A stretch of DNA of 64,000 bases, from the UHGV virus genome UHGV-1374671; one strand, given 5' to 3'. Positions within the stretch are counted from its first letter, which is position 1; each line of letters starts with the position of its first letter. The translations under genes and the position numbers were made by a program. This DNA comes from a virus. Below are positions 47,591-57,454 of the stretch, piece after piece. The notes beneath the pieces are model-generated. The model worked only from the letters and a program-made list of their open reading frames with translations. It was not told where the DNA came from and made no database searches.

Positions 47591-48286
47591 ATGACAGCTA
47601 AAGCCAGAGACAGGATGCTGTCCACCAAACGGCATCTCTACGTCACAGCCAGGGACGTGCGCGGCATACTGAGCGGAGAGCTGACAGCGCTCCTTCAGCC
47701 GTTGCGCGGCCCCAGGCTGATCCCTGGAGCAGTTCAAAGAGCTCCGGACAAAGACAAGAAGCGCTGGATGGCCTTTGCAGACGGCAGCGAGGTTTTGATT
47801 ACTTCTGGCAAGGATCTGCAGTGGTACTCCCTGGTGGAACCTGTCATGCTGGACGCCGGAAACGGGAATCCCGTGTACGAGGCTGACTATCCGGCCGGAG
47901 GACTGCCCATACAGCGGTTTGGAGGTGCCGCACGCAGAGTGGTAGCGCAGCCGGAAGCGTACGTCAGGTTGCAGGTGCAGCTTGCCGCTCCTCGTTATTT
48001 CCCAATCTCCGACATATCTGAAGAGCAGGCCGACAGGCTGATCACAGAGGAGGATGTGGATCGGCCTTCCAGGCACCAGCTGCTTCCATACAGTGCAGCC
48101 TATCATGCGCCCTACGATTCCGCAAAGGTCATCTTCCTGTGGAACTGGGCAAATCAATACGGCTCCAGAACACTGGAACTGAATCCGTGGGTGATGTATA
48201 CACCCATCGTGGAAATCCTATTCAAAACCAAATCAGGAACGGTCATAAGACATCAATCAGGAGAATCCTATGAAGACTATCGATAG
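47591..48286 (+). CDS. Hypothetical protein
   Basis: ATG 47591 in frame within ORF 47546. Confidence 0.4.
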   Translation: MTAKARDRMLSTKRHLYVTARDVRGILSGELTALLQPLRGPRLIPGAVQRAPDKDKKRWMAFADGSEVLITSGKDLQWYSLVEPVMLDAGNGNPVYEADYPAGGLPIQRFGGAARRVVAQPEAYVRLQVQLAAPRYFPISDISEEQADRLITEEDVDRPSRHQLLPYSAAYHAPYDSAKVIFLWNWANQYGSRTLELNPWVMYTPIVEILFKTKSGTVIRHQSGESYEDYR

Positions 48287-48749
48287 CTTCTCCGGGCACT
48301 GGGCTGCCCTGAGCAACTTCCATCCGTGCAAGGTCCTGTACAACGGACTGTACTACAACAACGCCGAGGCCGCTTATCAGGCCGCCAAAATGGATCGCAC
48401 CCACAGCGTCGCAGCCAAGGTGCGATCCCTGCTCTCCAAGGCCACTCCGTTCGAGGCAAAGGCAGTTGGTAGTCTTGTTCCCCTGCGAAAGGACTGGGAG
48501 CATGTGAAGATCGCCATCATGAGGGACATTCTCAGAGACAAGTTCACCCAGAACGCTGACTGCCGGCGTGTCCTCCTCAGCACCGACAACTGCAAGCTGG
48601 TGGAGGGCAACACCTGGCACGACAACTTCTGGGGGTCGTGCAAGTGTCTTCGCTGCGGTGACAGAGGCGACAACCGGCTCGGCAAGCTCCTTATGGAGAT
48701 CCGCAGCGAGCTGAAGGAATTGGAAACTATGAAAGGAGAACTGAAATGA
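48270..48749 (+). CDS. NADAR (YbiA/DUF1768) domain protein
   Basis: FSGHWAALSNFHPCKV..YYNNAEAAYQAAK..WEHVKIAIMRDILRDKFTQN..LLSTDNCKLVEGNTWHDNFWG fits the NADAR signature. Confidence 0.6.
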   Translation: MKTIDSFSGHWAALSNFHPCKVLYNGLYYNNAEAAYQAAKMDRTHSVAAKVRSLLSKATPFEAKAVGSLVPLRKDWEHVKIAIMRDILRDKFTQNADCRRVLLSTDNCKLVEGNTWHDNFWGSCKCLRCGDRGDNRLGKLLMEIRSELKELETMKGELK

Positions 48750-50632
48750 ACACTTTCGACATGCTCAACCAGTGGGTGGAGTTCTGGGAGACGGACATGG
48801 ATGCGGGAAACTGCAATGCCGCCAGCCCTGTGGGCGAGCTGTACAGAAGGAACAAGCTCGCTATGAGCATCACCAACAAGTACGATACTTCCGGCTTGCT
48901 CGGAATTCTTTACATCAAGTATGCGCTTGGGGATCTGCTCAGGCATGTCACTGTCAACTTTGTTGATCTGTTTAAGGACTTCGACAAGTACGAAACCATG
49001 AAGGACCTGTGGGATGCGTTCGACTCTGACGAGGTCAAGAACAGGGAACGGCCGTTCATCAACCTCATGAACTCCACCATCACATCTCTGACCGGAATCA
49101 AGCTGTTTCCGGACGATGCGTCCAAGGAGGACAAGGAAGCGGTCTTCAGCAGCATCTCCGGAATCCTGGAGGACATGGAAAACTTGAGCGTGGAGATGTA
49201 CCAGACAGGAGAGGATATCGATGTGATATCCAACTTCTGCACCACGATTCAGGTGTTCGAGCACCTTTCCGACTGCCTTATCGCGCTTGAGGAGGCACAG
49301 GACGGAGTGTATCTGTGCTTCATCAGCCACTACGGCAAACCTGACGGGTATTTCGGGTACTTCATCAAGTCCAGCGGCAATCTGTTCAGTCTCAATGAAC
49401 GCGCCAAAGAGGTGTATGAAGGACAGAACCAGGGAAGGGCCTATCCTGGCAACGACAGACTGTTCCCCTACGGCGTCGTAACCCGGTACAGAAGCAAAGA
49501 GGACGGGGTGGAGTATCTTCCCAGGCACGTCATCGACCGTGAGCACCTGTCGTTCTCCAAGCTGAGCCCTGGGATGCTCAGGACGGTTGTCATCTCCATG
49601 TGGCTGATCAGACAGCGGTACATGTGGTACCTTGTGCCGGAGTACATGCCGCTGGTGCTGGTGAACTCCCTGTTCCCGATGAACCTGGAAGCGACCATCA
49701 GTGACAGCGTCGAGCTGGAAAGGTGCAAGAGCTTTCCGCTGGTGAAAGCTCATGCCGAATTCCGGGCGAACCTGTCAATGGACAAGTTCATGTCCGGAGC
49801 CTACAACGACGAGTTCAGTACCGGCAGCGAACAGTACGGCGAATGCGGCATGTTCACACAGAACGGCCAGGTGTTCGTCGACACCTACGGGGATGGGTTC
49901 ACGTTCTCAGAGTTCGACGCCCTCAGTACGCGCGAGGCCCGGCTCATGGCGTCGTGTCCGGAGACCCACACTCCGCCTCGCAATATCCGTGCGGCTGTTC
50001 CATCGGAGCTGATTGGAACAGCTCGTCATATGCGGGTGCACGCCTACTACCAGCTGCGGCACAGGCTGGCTGGTTACATTGAGTTCCGCCAGCAGGACGA
50101 TTACGAGGCTTTCGGAGGCCGTGAAGCCCTTGTTAAGTGGTACCACGATAAAGTCACCGGGAAAAGAGAACACGTGCTCCAGCTCTTTGCAAATGTCCTT
50201 AAAAACGATTTTAAGGGAATGCCTGTAAATGTAGCCGGCAACTCCGACCCGTTCTACCAGCTGTACAAGGTGCCTGCTGGCAGCAAGCTGTACTCCTGGC
50301 AGGAGAGCGCCGTTATGCTGAACGAGCATGCCGATTCGGATGTCAGGTGTCCGTATACCGGCACCAAGTGTTCCGAGTTCCTGATGTTCAGTCCGTACAA
50401 CTGGAAGTCCATTGAAGAGCTCATTCAGGAAGAGGTTCCCAAGTTCCTCAAGGGCTGGCACAGGGACTATCCGTACAACGGAAACAGCAAGCTGGACATG
50501 ACGGACGCGGTTGCGGACGTAGGCACTCCTGTGGACTCGCACAGGGATACGCAGCATATTTCGTTCGACGTAACGGTTGGATTCTCCAAGCGCGGCTTCG
50601 ACAGGTTCCTGAAGGAGTACGGGGCTAAGTAA
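48746..50632 (+). CDS. Large hypothetical protein; N-terminal region paralogous to 55800-56684
   Basis: MLNQWVEFWETD..TSGLLGILYIKYALGDLLRH..DGVYLCFISHYGKPDGYFGYFIKSSGNLFSL aligns with the 55800 ORF. Confidence 0.45.
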   Translation: MNTFDMLNQWVEFWETDMDAGNCNAASPVGELYRRNKLAMSITNKYDTSGLLGILYIKYALGDLLRHVTVNFVDLFKDFDKYETMKDLWDAFDSDEVKNRERPFINLMNSTITSLTGIKLFPDDASKEDKEAVFSSISGILEDMENLSVEMYQTGEDIDVISNFCTTIQVFEHLSDCLIALEEAQDGVYLCFISHYGKPDGYFGYFIKSSGNLFSLNERAKEVYEGQNQGRAYPGNDRLFPYGVVTRYRSKEDGVEYLPRHVIDREHLSFSKLSPGMLRTVVISMWLIRQRYMWYLVPEYMPLVLVNSLFPMNLEATISDSVELERCKSFPLVKAHAEFRANLSMDKFMSGAYNDEFSTGSEQYGECGMFTQNGQVFVDTYGDGFTFSEFDALSTREARLMASCPETHTPPRNIRAAVPSELIGTARHMRVHAYYQLRHRLAGYIEFRQQDDYEAFGGREALVKWYHDKVTGKREHVLQLFANVLKNDFKGMPVNVAGNSDPFYQLYKVPAGSKLYSWQESAVMLNEHADSDVRCPYTGTKCSEFLMFSPYNWKSIEELIQEEVPKFLKGWHRDYPYNGNSKLDMTDAVADVGTPVDSHRDTQHISFDVTVGFSKRGFDRFLKEYGAK

Positions 50633-50636
50633 CGCC

Positions 50637-51104
50637 ATGCAGTACAACCATCAGGAGCTGGTGTGGATCGCAGCACGGCAGCTGAATCGCTGGCGCTGCG
50701 CTCCGGTTTTTCAGGAGCTGGTGACCAACAGCAGCTCAGGCGAGGTACCGGACGCCATAGGGTGGACGCCCAGGCATTCGATCTTGTTTGAGTGCAAGAT
50801 CAGGCGTAATGACCTGCTGCGAGACAGGAATAAGCTGTTCCGCTGGCAACTACCGGAAACAGGCATGGGAAACTGGAGGTTCTACCTGTGTCCGGACACG
50901 TTCCAAGTGACGGAGGACGACATTCCTCCTGGCTGGGGCGTCTACATCATTACGTCAGCTGGTCGTTTCCGTCACTTGTGCGGCAGGAAGTACGATTCGG
51001 CAGTCGCCTGCCCGTTCCCTGTGTGCAACACGCGGGCCGAGATGCAGCTGTTTCGCAGTCAGTGCCGCAGGTATGCGGAAGAAATCCACAAACTCAAATA
51101 TTAA
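50637..51104 (+). CDS. PD-(D/E)xK nuclease-fold protein
   Basis: PDAIGW ... ILFECKIR (D...ExK). Confidence 0.35.
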   Translation: MQYNHQELVWIAARQLNRWRCAPVFQELVTNSSSGEVPDAIGWTPRHSILFECKIRRNDLLRDRNKLFRWQLPETGMGNWRFYLCPDTFQVTEDDIPPGWGVYIITSAGRFRHLCGRKYDSAVACPFPVCNTRAEMQLFRSQCRRYAEEIHKLKY

Positions 51105-51118
51105 ATCAAGGAATCAAA

Positions 51119-52336
51119 ATGAGCAACTACATCAAAACCGGAAACACTGTTCACGTTCACCCCGGCAACTCCATTCAGACCGGCAGTGAACTGTTTCCCG
51201 GCATTTACAGAATCGTGATCACCATGCAGGACATGTTCCTGGAGGAGGTCTCGGACTTCGAGCTTCCTTCCAAGCTGCTGGGCGGGATCGACAAGAAGGC
51301 CGATCGCATCATCCGCACCTTCGAGGACCGCCCCAAGAACACCGGCGTTCTGCTGTCAGGTCTCAAGGGCAGCGGGAAGTCGCTGCTGGCCAAGCTCGTG
51401 TCAATGAAGCTGAAAGCTCGGAACTACCCGACTATCATCGTGTCGCTTGAGCAGATCTCACCCCAGGTGTGCGGCTTCCTGTCTGCCATTGACACGGACT
51501 GCGTCGTCATCATGGACGAGCTGGACAAGGTAGACGAGGAGAAGCAGACCTGCCTTCTCGGATTGCTGGACGGCACCAGCACCGGCCGCAAGCTGTACAT
51601 GCTGACCGGCAACAACAAGTACAAGGTCAGTTCCTGGCTGCTGAATCGGCCCGGCCGCGTGTTCTACAACTTCGAGTACACGGGTCTCGACGTCAACGTG
51701 ATCCGCGAATACTGCGAGAACGAGCTGCGGAACAAGGAGTACATCGACGATATCATTCACGTGGCCAAAGGCATCCAGGACGTGTCCTTCGACGTGCTTG
51801 TCAGCCTTGTGGAGGAGTGCAACCGATATAACGAGTCTCCGCGTGAGTTCATCGACATCATGAGCTGCGAGAAGGCCAGGGACATGGAGTACAACATCCT
51901 GCTCATGTTCGGAAACAGGCGCGTTACCGGACACAGCAATCCGTTCAAGGACATGAACTACGATCTGAGAGACGAACCGTTCACGTTGTACTTTCCTGAG
52001 GATTACATCATCGAAGGGTGGAACGACGAGCAGAGCTGCCGGAGCTATTTGGAGAGCACTCACAGGGATTCCGATGAATGGGAGAATCTTCAACACAGGC
52101 GCGGCAGACTCGAGTTCCGACCGGACAACATTGTCTCCATTCGGGATGGGGTGTACACGTACCGGAACGAACATGGCTGGACTTGCGTGCTGACTCCGGA
52201 GTTCCGCAACTACTACAACCCGTACGGGTTCTTCGGCATGTACCGGAAGCCGGACGATTTCATCTCACTGACCACTACCTCTGTCAAGCCGCCGCAGGCC
52301 ATTCCGTGCGAGCCGGACCCGGATGACGAGGACTGA
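51119..52336 (+). CDS. AAA-family ATPase
   Basis: Walker A GLKGSGKS; Walker B VVIMDELD. ATG 51119 in the AAGGAATCAAAATG context. Confidence 0.55.
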   Translation: MSNYIKTGNTVHVHPGNSIQTGSELFPGIYRIVITMQDMFLEEVSDFELPSKLLGGIDKKADRIIRTFEDRPKNTGVLLSGLKGSGKSLLAKLVSMKLKARNYPTIIVSLEQISPQVCGFLSAIDTDCVVIMDELDKVDEEKQTCLLGLLDGTSTGRKLYMLTGNNKYKVSSWLLNRPGRVFYNFEYTGLDVNVIREYCENELRNKEYIDDIIHVAKGIQDVSFDVLVSLVEECNRYNESPREFIDIMSCEKARDMEYNILLMFGNRRVTGHSNPFKDMNYDLRDEPFTLYFPEDYIIEGWNDEQSCRSYLESTHRDSDEWENLQHRRGRLEFRPDNIVSIRDGVYTYRNEHGWTCVLTPEFRNYYNPYGFFGMYRKPDDFISLTTTSVKPPQAIPCEPDPDDED

Positions 52337-52338
52337 TT

Positions 52339-52941
52339 ATGGAATCGGTAATGGAGAAATTCATTCAGGACACCGCAGAAGCGATCCTGAAGGCCGAATC
52401 CGACTTCAGCGCCGGGGAGCCTGACGAGATCTATGAGTGGTACATCCTCGACTGCATCAAGCGGGAGCTCTACACCAGGCGCATAACCCGCTCGATCGTT
52501 CCCAGGGTGGAGTACATCATGGACAAACTCCAACGGGGCAGGATCACTGACGTGAACGGGCTTGGGTTCACCATTCTTTCGTACCAGCACAAGAGCAAGG
52601 ACATCAGGACGTCCGAGGATGGATATCCTGATGTGCTCAACGGGTTCATCCTCTACAACAGCGACACGCTGCTCAAGATGAACTCTCTGCTGGTGCTGTG
52701 GAACGACAAGCCCCAAGGCCATCGCAACCTGATCGTGTTTCAGTACGATCATTGTTTCAACAAAACGGACGAGATCGTGGAAAAGGATCCGATGGACCAC
52801 ACCAGCAGGCATTTCATGTTTCACTGGGAGGAAGGGGTTCGGATGAGCCATGTGAGTGTCTTTGAGAGGCGCGTTGTCCGTGCCATGCAGTGGATAGCCT
52901 GCGCATACAGATTACTGGAGGAAAGCAATGGGCAACAGTAA
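52339..52941 (+). CDS. Hypothetical protein
   Basis: 200-aa ORF. Confidence 0.4.
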   Translation: MESVMEKFIQDTAEAILKAESDFSAGEPDEIYEWYILDCIKRELYTRRITRSIVPRVEYIMDKLQRGRITDVNGLGFTILSYQHKSKDIRTSEDGYPDVLNGFILYNSDTLLKMNSLLVLWNDKPQGHRNLIVFQYDHCFNKTDEIVEKDPMDHTSRHFMFHWEEGVRMSHVSVFERRVVRAMQWIACAYRLLEESNGQQ

Positions 52942-53428
52942 TGACGCCATATCGAAGCTGACTCGCGACATCCGCGTTTGGGACTGTTCCACTGGCGCGT
53001 TTCTGCAGCCGGTGGACAAGCACGTCGTCGCGGAGGACGGTACTGAGTACCGCTTCATCGCGTATAAGGCGGGGAATGGAACCAGGTGCAGGCTGGTAAC
53101 GCTTCCCCAGATACTCGAAGGCGACACCAGATTCATCATTACCAGGAATACTGGGATGAACGACTCCAATGGAGCTCCCATCTTCCAGGGCGACATCGTG
53201 TCGTTCTACGTGTTGTCCGGTCAGCATGAGACGGAGGAGAAGCTCTTCGCCGAGGTGTATTGGCACAGTGACGGCATGTGGAGTCCAATGGGGTGCTTCG
53301 ACGACGCGCTGTGCACCTCCGGAGGGTTTCCGGAGGACATCCTCATGGATGCGGTCAAGTGGTTCACTGTCGTCGGCAACAAGTTCGAGCATCCGCAGCT
53401 GCTCAGGCAGTGCGTGCCCAGGGACTAG
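52928..53428 (+). CDS. Hypothetical protein
   Basis: 166-aa ORF convergent with the sigma gene. Confidence 0.4.
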   Translation: MGNSNDAISKLTRDIRVWDCSTGAFLQPVDKHVVAEDGTEYRFIAYKAGNGTRCRLVTLPQILEGDTRFIITRNTGMNDSNGAPIFQGDIVSFYVLSGQHETEEKLFAEVYWHSDGMWSPMGCFDDALCTSGGFPEDILMDAVKWFTVVGNKFEHPQLLRQCVPRD

Positions 53429-54273
53429 TTGTCTGTATCTTCGTTCAGCATGGAACGCAGCTTGCGCAGGGTACGAACCACGTACAGCGCAAGCTGCTTC
53501 CGTGTCAGTCCGGTTTCCTGGCAGATGACGGAATCCTCCAGAGTCTGACCGTTGAGACCGAACTTGTAGGTGATGACGGTCTGCTCCCGGTCCGACAAAT
53601 TGAGAAGCAGCCGACGCATGTGCATGATTTGCTCTTCGTCGGCTGCTTCCTTGTGCTGGTCTTCCGATTCCTCCGGCAGCATTTCTCCGAAGGTGGTGTC
53701 GCTGTCCGTGCGGACAACGTCGTCGATGGAGTAGGTCTCCGTGGCGGCTCTTGACAATCCCAGCACGGACTTTTCGCTGTATCCGGTCATGGCCGCCAGC
53801 TCCTCTATGGTGGGCTGGCGCTGATGCTCGGAGAAGAACTGCCGTCTGGCCTTGTCCAAATGGATCAGCTTCTGGGCGCATTGCCCTGGTACTCGGATGG
53901 TGCGGGTCTGGTTGGCTATCGCCTTGCGCATGGCCTGCTTGATCCACCATGCGGCGTAACAGGAGAACTTGGCTCCCTTCTCGGGGTCGAACTTTTCAGC
54001 AGCGCGGATGAGTCCGATGTTGCCTTCCGCGACCAGGTCGTCGAACGGCAGCCGGTACTGCTTGAAGTCATGGGCGATCTTCACCACCAGCCTGAGATTG
54101 CTGCATACCAGTTCGTTTCTGGCGTCTAGCACCTGGTTCTCGTCGGAGCTGTGCACTTTTACAGACAGCTCTGCTTCCCGTTTCCTGTCAATCAGCGGTA
54201 TCTGCTTGATGTCCCGCATGTAGGATGAGATGTTCTCTGTACGAATGGCTTGACCGACTGCGCAGACCGACAT
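53425..54273 (-). CDS. Sigma-70 family RNA polymerase sigma factor
   Basis: Region 2 DLVAEGNIGLIRAAEKFDPEKGAKFSCYAAWWIKQAM; region 3/4 with a C-terminal HTH (TGLTRKQLALYVVRTLRKL). AGGGGGAA RBS on the minus strand. Confidence 0.75.
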   Translation of the reverse strand: MSVCAVGQAIRTENISSYMRDIKQIPLIDRKREAELSVKVHSSDENQVLDARNELVCSNLRLVVKIAHDFKQYRLPFDDLVAEGNIGLIRAAEKFDPEKGAKFSCYAAWWIKQAMRKAIANQTRTIRVPGQCAQKLIHLDKARRQFFSEHQRQPTIEELAAMTGYSEKSVLGLSRAATETYSIDDVVRTDSDTTFGEMLPEESEDQHKEAADEEQIMHMRRLLLNLSDREQTVITYKFGLNGQTLEDSVICQETGLTRKQLALYVVRTLRKLRSMLNEDTDN

Positions 54274-54345
54274 GGCAGTTCCCCCTGGTTGTTAGAAACG
54301 TGTAAGTGCTCTTGTTCGTTATTGAAACATAGCACAGTGAGACGT

Positions 54346-54415
54346 ATTTTCAAGTAATGAGGACCGAAAATTTTCAAGACCCGTACCAGGGCCGAAGTCT
54401 AATATTCATATAAAA
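54346..54415. promoter_or_regulatory. Divergent control region: direct repeats ATTTTCAAG (54346-54354, 54370-54378) and TATAAAAT (54408-54415) 26 nt upstream of ATG 54441
   Basis: Read directly, between the divergent sigma gene and gene 54441. Confidence 0.4.
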
Positions 54416-54440
54416 TCATTCAACCCAACGGAGCTAAGAA

Positions 54441-55283
54441 ATGGAGAAAGTGTTCCAAACCTACGACTTGAAACAGTGGCAGGAGTTCCTGGAAAAGAGG
54501 TACGCCGGCCACGATCACGCCAACCTGTTCAAGGGTCGCATTTACAGAATCGTCGAGATGTTCCTGGATCCGCTGCTGAAGCGTTACAAGGAGTCTTCCT
54601 GTGTGGACAAGATCCCGGACAACAATTACGAGCGCATCCGATGCCTCACCAGCTACGCCATCGGGATACGGACGGTGCTGGGTACGTTCTGGTACAGCCG
54701 CGACCCCAAGGAGATCGAACGCAGCGTCACGAAACTGGAGAGCATTTCTCAGTTGGACACGGTATTCCAGGAGAACCGGGCGCAGCTGCACGATGACCAC
54801 AGGGTGTTCCGGGACCAGGCCTACCGCGACCTGTTCCAGGACGACGCCCTGCTGGTGGAGCACATGCTGCGTCCGTACCCGTTCACCAACCGCCAGGACC
54901 TGCTGTCCGTCATGATGCGGATCGCTTACCTGGAATCCGAGAAGGCCAGCGGCTTTCTGCTGGACTGCGGAGAGCTGGAAAGACTGTCCCTGCTCCGGCA
55001 CTTCAATCTCGCGCTGGTGGACTCCTGCGCGTACGTGTCGCTGGACTACAAGCAGCTGTCGAAGCTGGGACTGGTGTACAAGATCAACAAGGAGGTGCTG
55101 CATCCCCTGGGCCTGGCGTTGCACTACAACGTCGAGGACGGTGTCTCGGAAGGGGTGTACATCTCCCCGGACCGCACCTACGAGTATCGGGAGGACACGG
55201 TCAGGGAAGAGGAGGAAAAGCTCCAGTTCTTTCTGAAGCACCGTGCGAAGGTGCTGGATTCCCTTGAACTCTTTTCGGAATAG
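54441..55283 (+). CDS. Hypothetical protein
   Basis: 280-aa ORF. Confidence 0.45.
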   Translation: MEKVFQTYDLKQWQEFLEKRYAGHDHANLFKGRIYRIVEMFLDPLLKRYKESSCVDKIPDNNYERIRCLTSYAIGIRTVLGTFWYSRDPKEIERSVTKLESISQLDTVFQENRAQLHDDHRVFRDQAYRDLFQDDALLVEHMLRPYPFTNRQDLLSVMMRIAYLESEKASGFLLDCGELERLSLLRHFNLALVDSCAYVSLDYKQLSKLGLVYKINKEVLHPLGLALHYNVEDGVSEGVYISPDRTYEYREDTVREEEEKLQFFLKHRAKVLDSLELFSE

Positions 55284-55799
55284 TGATATGGTATGACCAG
55301 GCGTGAGACGAGTCAGCGGTGCCGCTCTCCTGTCAAGGCGAGGACAACTCGGAGCGGTCAGTCAGTATCAGGTATGCAGTTGCATGTACCCCGCGTCGTT
55401 TCCAGCCGTGCTGTGATGGGTTCCTGGCAAACCGTCGCCTCTCATGGGATACCAATGCTTCTTGGCGGTATGCCTATCCTTTCCAGTCACAGTAAATACG
55501 GCAGCCATCCAAACCGGGCTGTGATACCGAACCCGGGATTTAATGCAACGTCGGTATAGACTCCCTACATCGAGGACTTCTGCGGGAACAAGACAACCTC
55601 CACCGCAGGAGTCCTCAATTTTTCACCCTTTTCAAGCATCCGGAAAATCAGCTCAAAACGTTCTTTTTTAGAGCTTAATTACGGGCTTTTTGTGGGCATA
55701 ATACGATGGGACGGAAATAACTTCCACCCCCGCGACCGGGAATCCCGGCGCGGACATTCAACAACGCCCCAAAAGGGGCACCAACATGGGAGAATAACC

Positions 55800-56684
55800 A
55801 TGAACAGCAACACCAAGAATGCTACCGCCCTGGACCTGATCAACCGCTGGAACGCCTTCTGGGCGCCCGACTTCCAGGCGGACGACGCCCTCGACTCCGT
55901 TGAGATCGCCTTCTTCCGGTACTATGGGAAGCGGGCGCTGGACCTCAAGGAGGTCGAGCCCAGCGGCACGCTGGGGCTGATTTATCTAAAGGTGGCCGTC
56001 GGCCAGATGCTGGCACGGCATCACCATGACATCCTTGAGATCGCCCTGAGGCTCCGCCTCGTGGACGAGGTCAGGGATCTGGTGAAGTGCCTGTTCCAGG
56101 ACGACTCGTTGCTGGCCCAGGAGCGAGAGCTCCTGATCAGGATCAGCAATGAGATCGGATGGATGGCAGGCATCAGCCTCCTGGCCGACAACCCCGGCCC
56201 GGAAGAGCTGGAACGAGCACTACAGGACCTGGACTCCGTGGTGGAACTCCTGGACGCGCTGCGTTCGGAGTCCTACCGCAGAGGCTGCCAGAACGGAAAA
56301 GAGCTCCGGCTCCACAGCACGGTTCAGCTCTTCCGCACCGTGAATGACTGTGTCGAGGCTCTGGAGGAGGCCGATGATGGCATCTACCTGGCGTACGTTG
56401 ACAACCAGGGCAACAGCAGCCTCGGCTTCTACGTGAAAGCCGGGGACAACCTGTGTGCTCTCATAGACCAGCACGAAGGCCCCAAGCCGCAGCTCATCGG
56501 GTACAAGATGCCTGAGGAGCTGTATGATTTCGTCTGGTCCTACTGGGACCACAACGGGGACGCCGCCTACACCAAGCAGGTGATCAGCCGTAAGTGGCTT
56601 TCCATTGGAAGGCTGAACCTGAGGCTGCGTACCCAGTTGTTGTGGGCAGCTTGGATGCTCGGTAAGAAGGCAATTACCGAGTAA
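55800..56684 (+). CDS. Hypothetical protein, paralog of the N-terminal part of 48746-50632
   Basis: ATG 55800 follows a GGGAGA RBS. LINRWNAFWAPD..PSGTLGLIYLKVAVGQMLARH..DGIYLAYVDNQGNSSLGFYVKAGDNLCAL. Confidence 0.45.
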   Translation: MNSNTKNATALDLINRWNAFWAPDFQADDALDSVEIAFFRYYGKRALDLKEVEPSGTLGLIYLKVAVGQMLARHHHDILEIALRLRLVDEVRDLVKCLFQDDSLLAQERELLIRISNEIGWMAGISLLADNPGPEELERALQDLDSVVELLDALRSESYRRGCQNGKELRLHSTVQLFRTVNDCVEALEEADDGIYLAYVDNQGNSSLGFYVKAGDNLCALIDQHEGPKPQLIGYKMPEELYDFVWSYWDHNGDAAYTKQVISRKWLSIGRLNLRLRTQLLWAAWMLGKKAITE

Positions 56685-56847
56685 CACGTCCCAGCCCGAT
56701 CTCCCCGGGTTGTTCCCGGGGAGATCACAAACAGCTGCATTCCTCTCCGGGCTCAACCAGCCCGGTCGTTTTTATTTTTAGTTTCTCAACCCGAATTTCA
56801 ACCAAGTCCACCCCACAGGGGGGCACAAATCAAAAGGGAGTACAACC

Positions 56848-57447
56848 ATGAGCAAGAACAGCAATACCGAGGATATCAGACTCCGGGCCTGGAACAACAA
56901 GGTCCAGAACGACCTGCCCGGCAGCATAGCCGGTATAGGCTACATGATGGAACAGCAGAGGCAGTTCCTGCAGGACTGCTTTGAGGCGGTGCTGAAGCAT
57001 CAGGAGCTCACCGACAACCGGTTCCAGGATCTGGACAAGCTCACCCAGGCCATTGCAGAGAAGTATACTGCAATACAGGTACAGCAAGTCCAGCATCACA
57101 GAGAGGTGAGGGACCTGGTACATTCCATGGAAACCAGATATGCCGAACTCAGCACCAAGCTCACTGAGCTCAATTCCAAGCTCACAGAACTGGAAAACAA
57201 GCTCGATGTGCCTGATGAAGAGCCAGAGCCGGAACCCCAGGTCAAGACTCGGACTCTGCCCTGGATCGTGAGCTGGATCCTCCTCAAGGCGGACGTTGTC
57301 GCCAAGGTCGGCGACACCTGGAAGCTGCTCAGGGAGGACACCGGTGAAACACTGGCGGTGAAGGGCTCGTTCTGGGATCTCCGCAGGGAGTCCAGAAAGC
57401 AGCTCAAAAGGGCTGCCCTGGAAGCCAAGCTCAAAGCCCTGAAGTGA
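56848..57447 (+). CDS. Coiled-coil hypothetical protein
   Basis: 199-aa ORF with heptad-like TELNSKLTELENKLD. Confidence 0.4.
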   Translation: MSKNSNTEDIRLRAWNNKVQNDLPGSIAGIGYMMEQQRQFLQDCFEAVLKHQELTDNRFQDLDKLTQAIAEKYTAIQVQQVQHHREVRDLVHSMETRYAELSTKLTELNSKLTELENKLDVPDEEPEPEPQVKTRTLPWIVSWILLKADVVAKVGDTWKLLREDTGETLAVKGSFWDLRRESRKQLKRAALEAKLKALK

Positions 57448-57454
57448 AACAACA

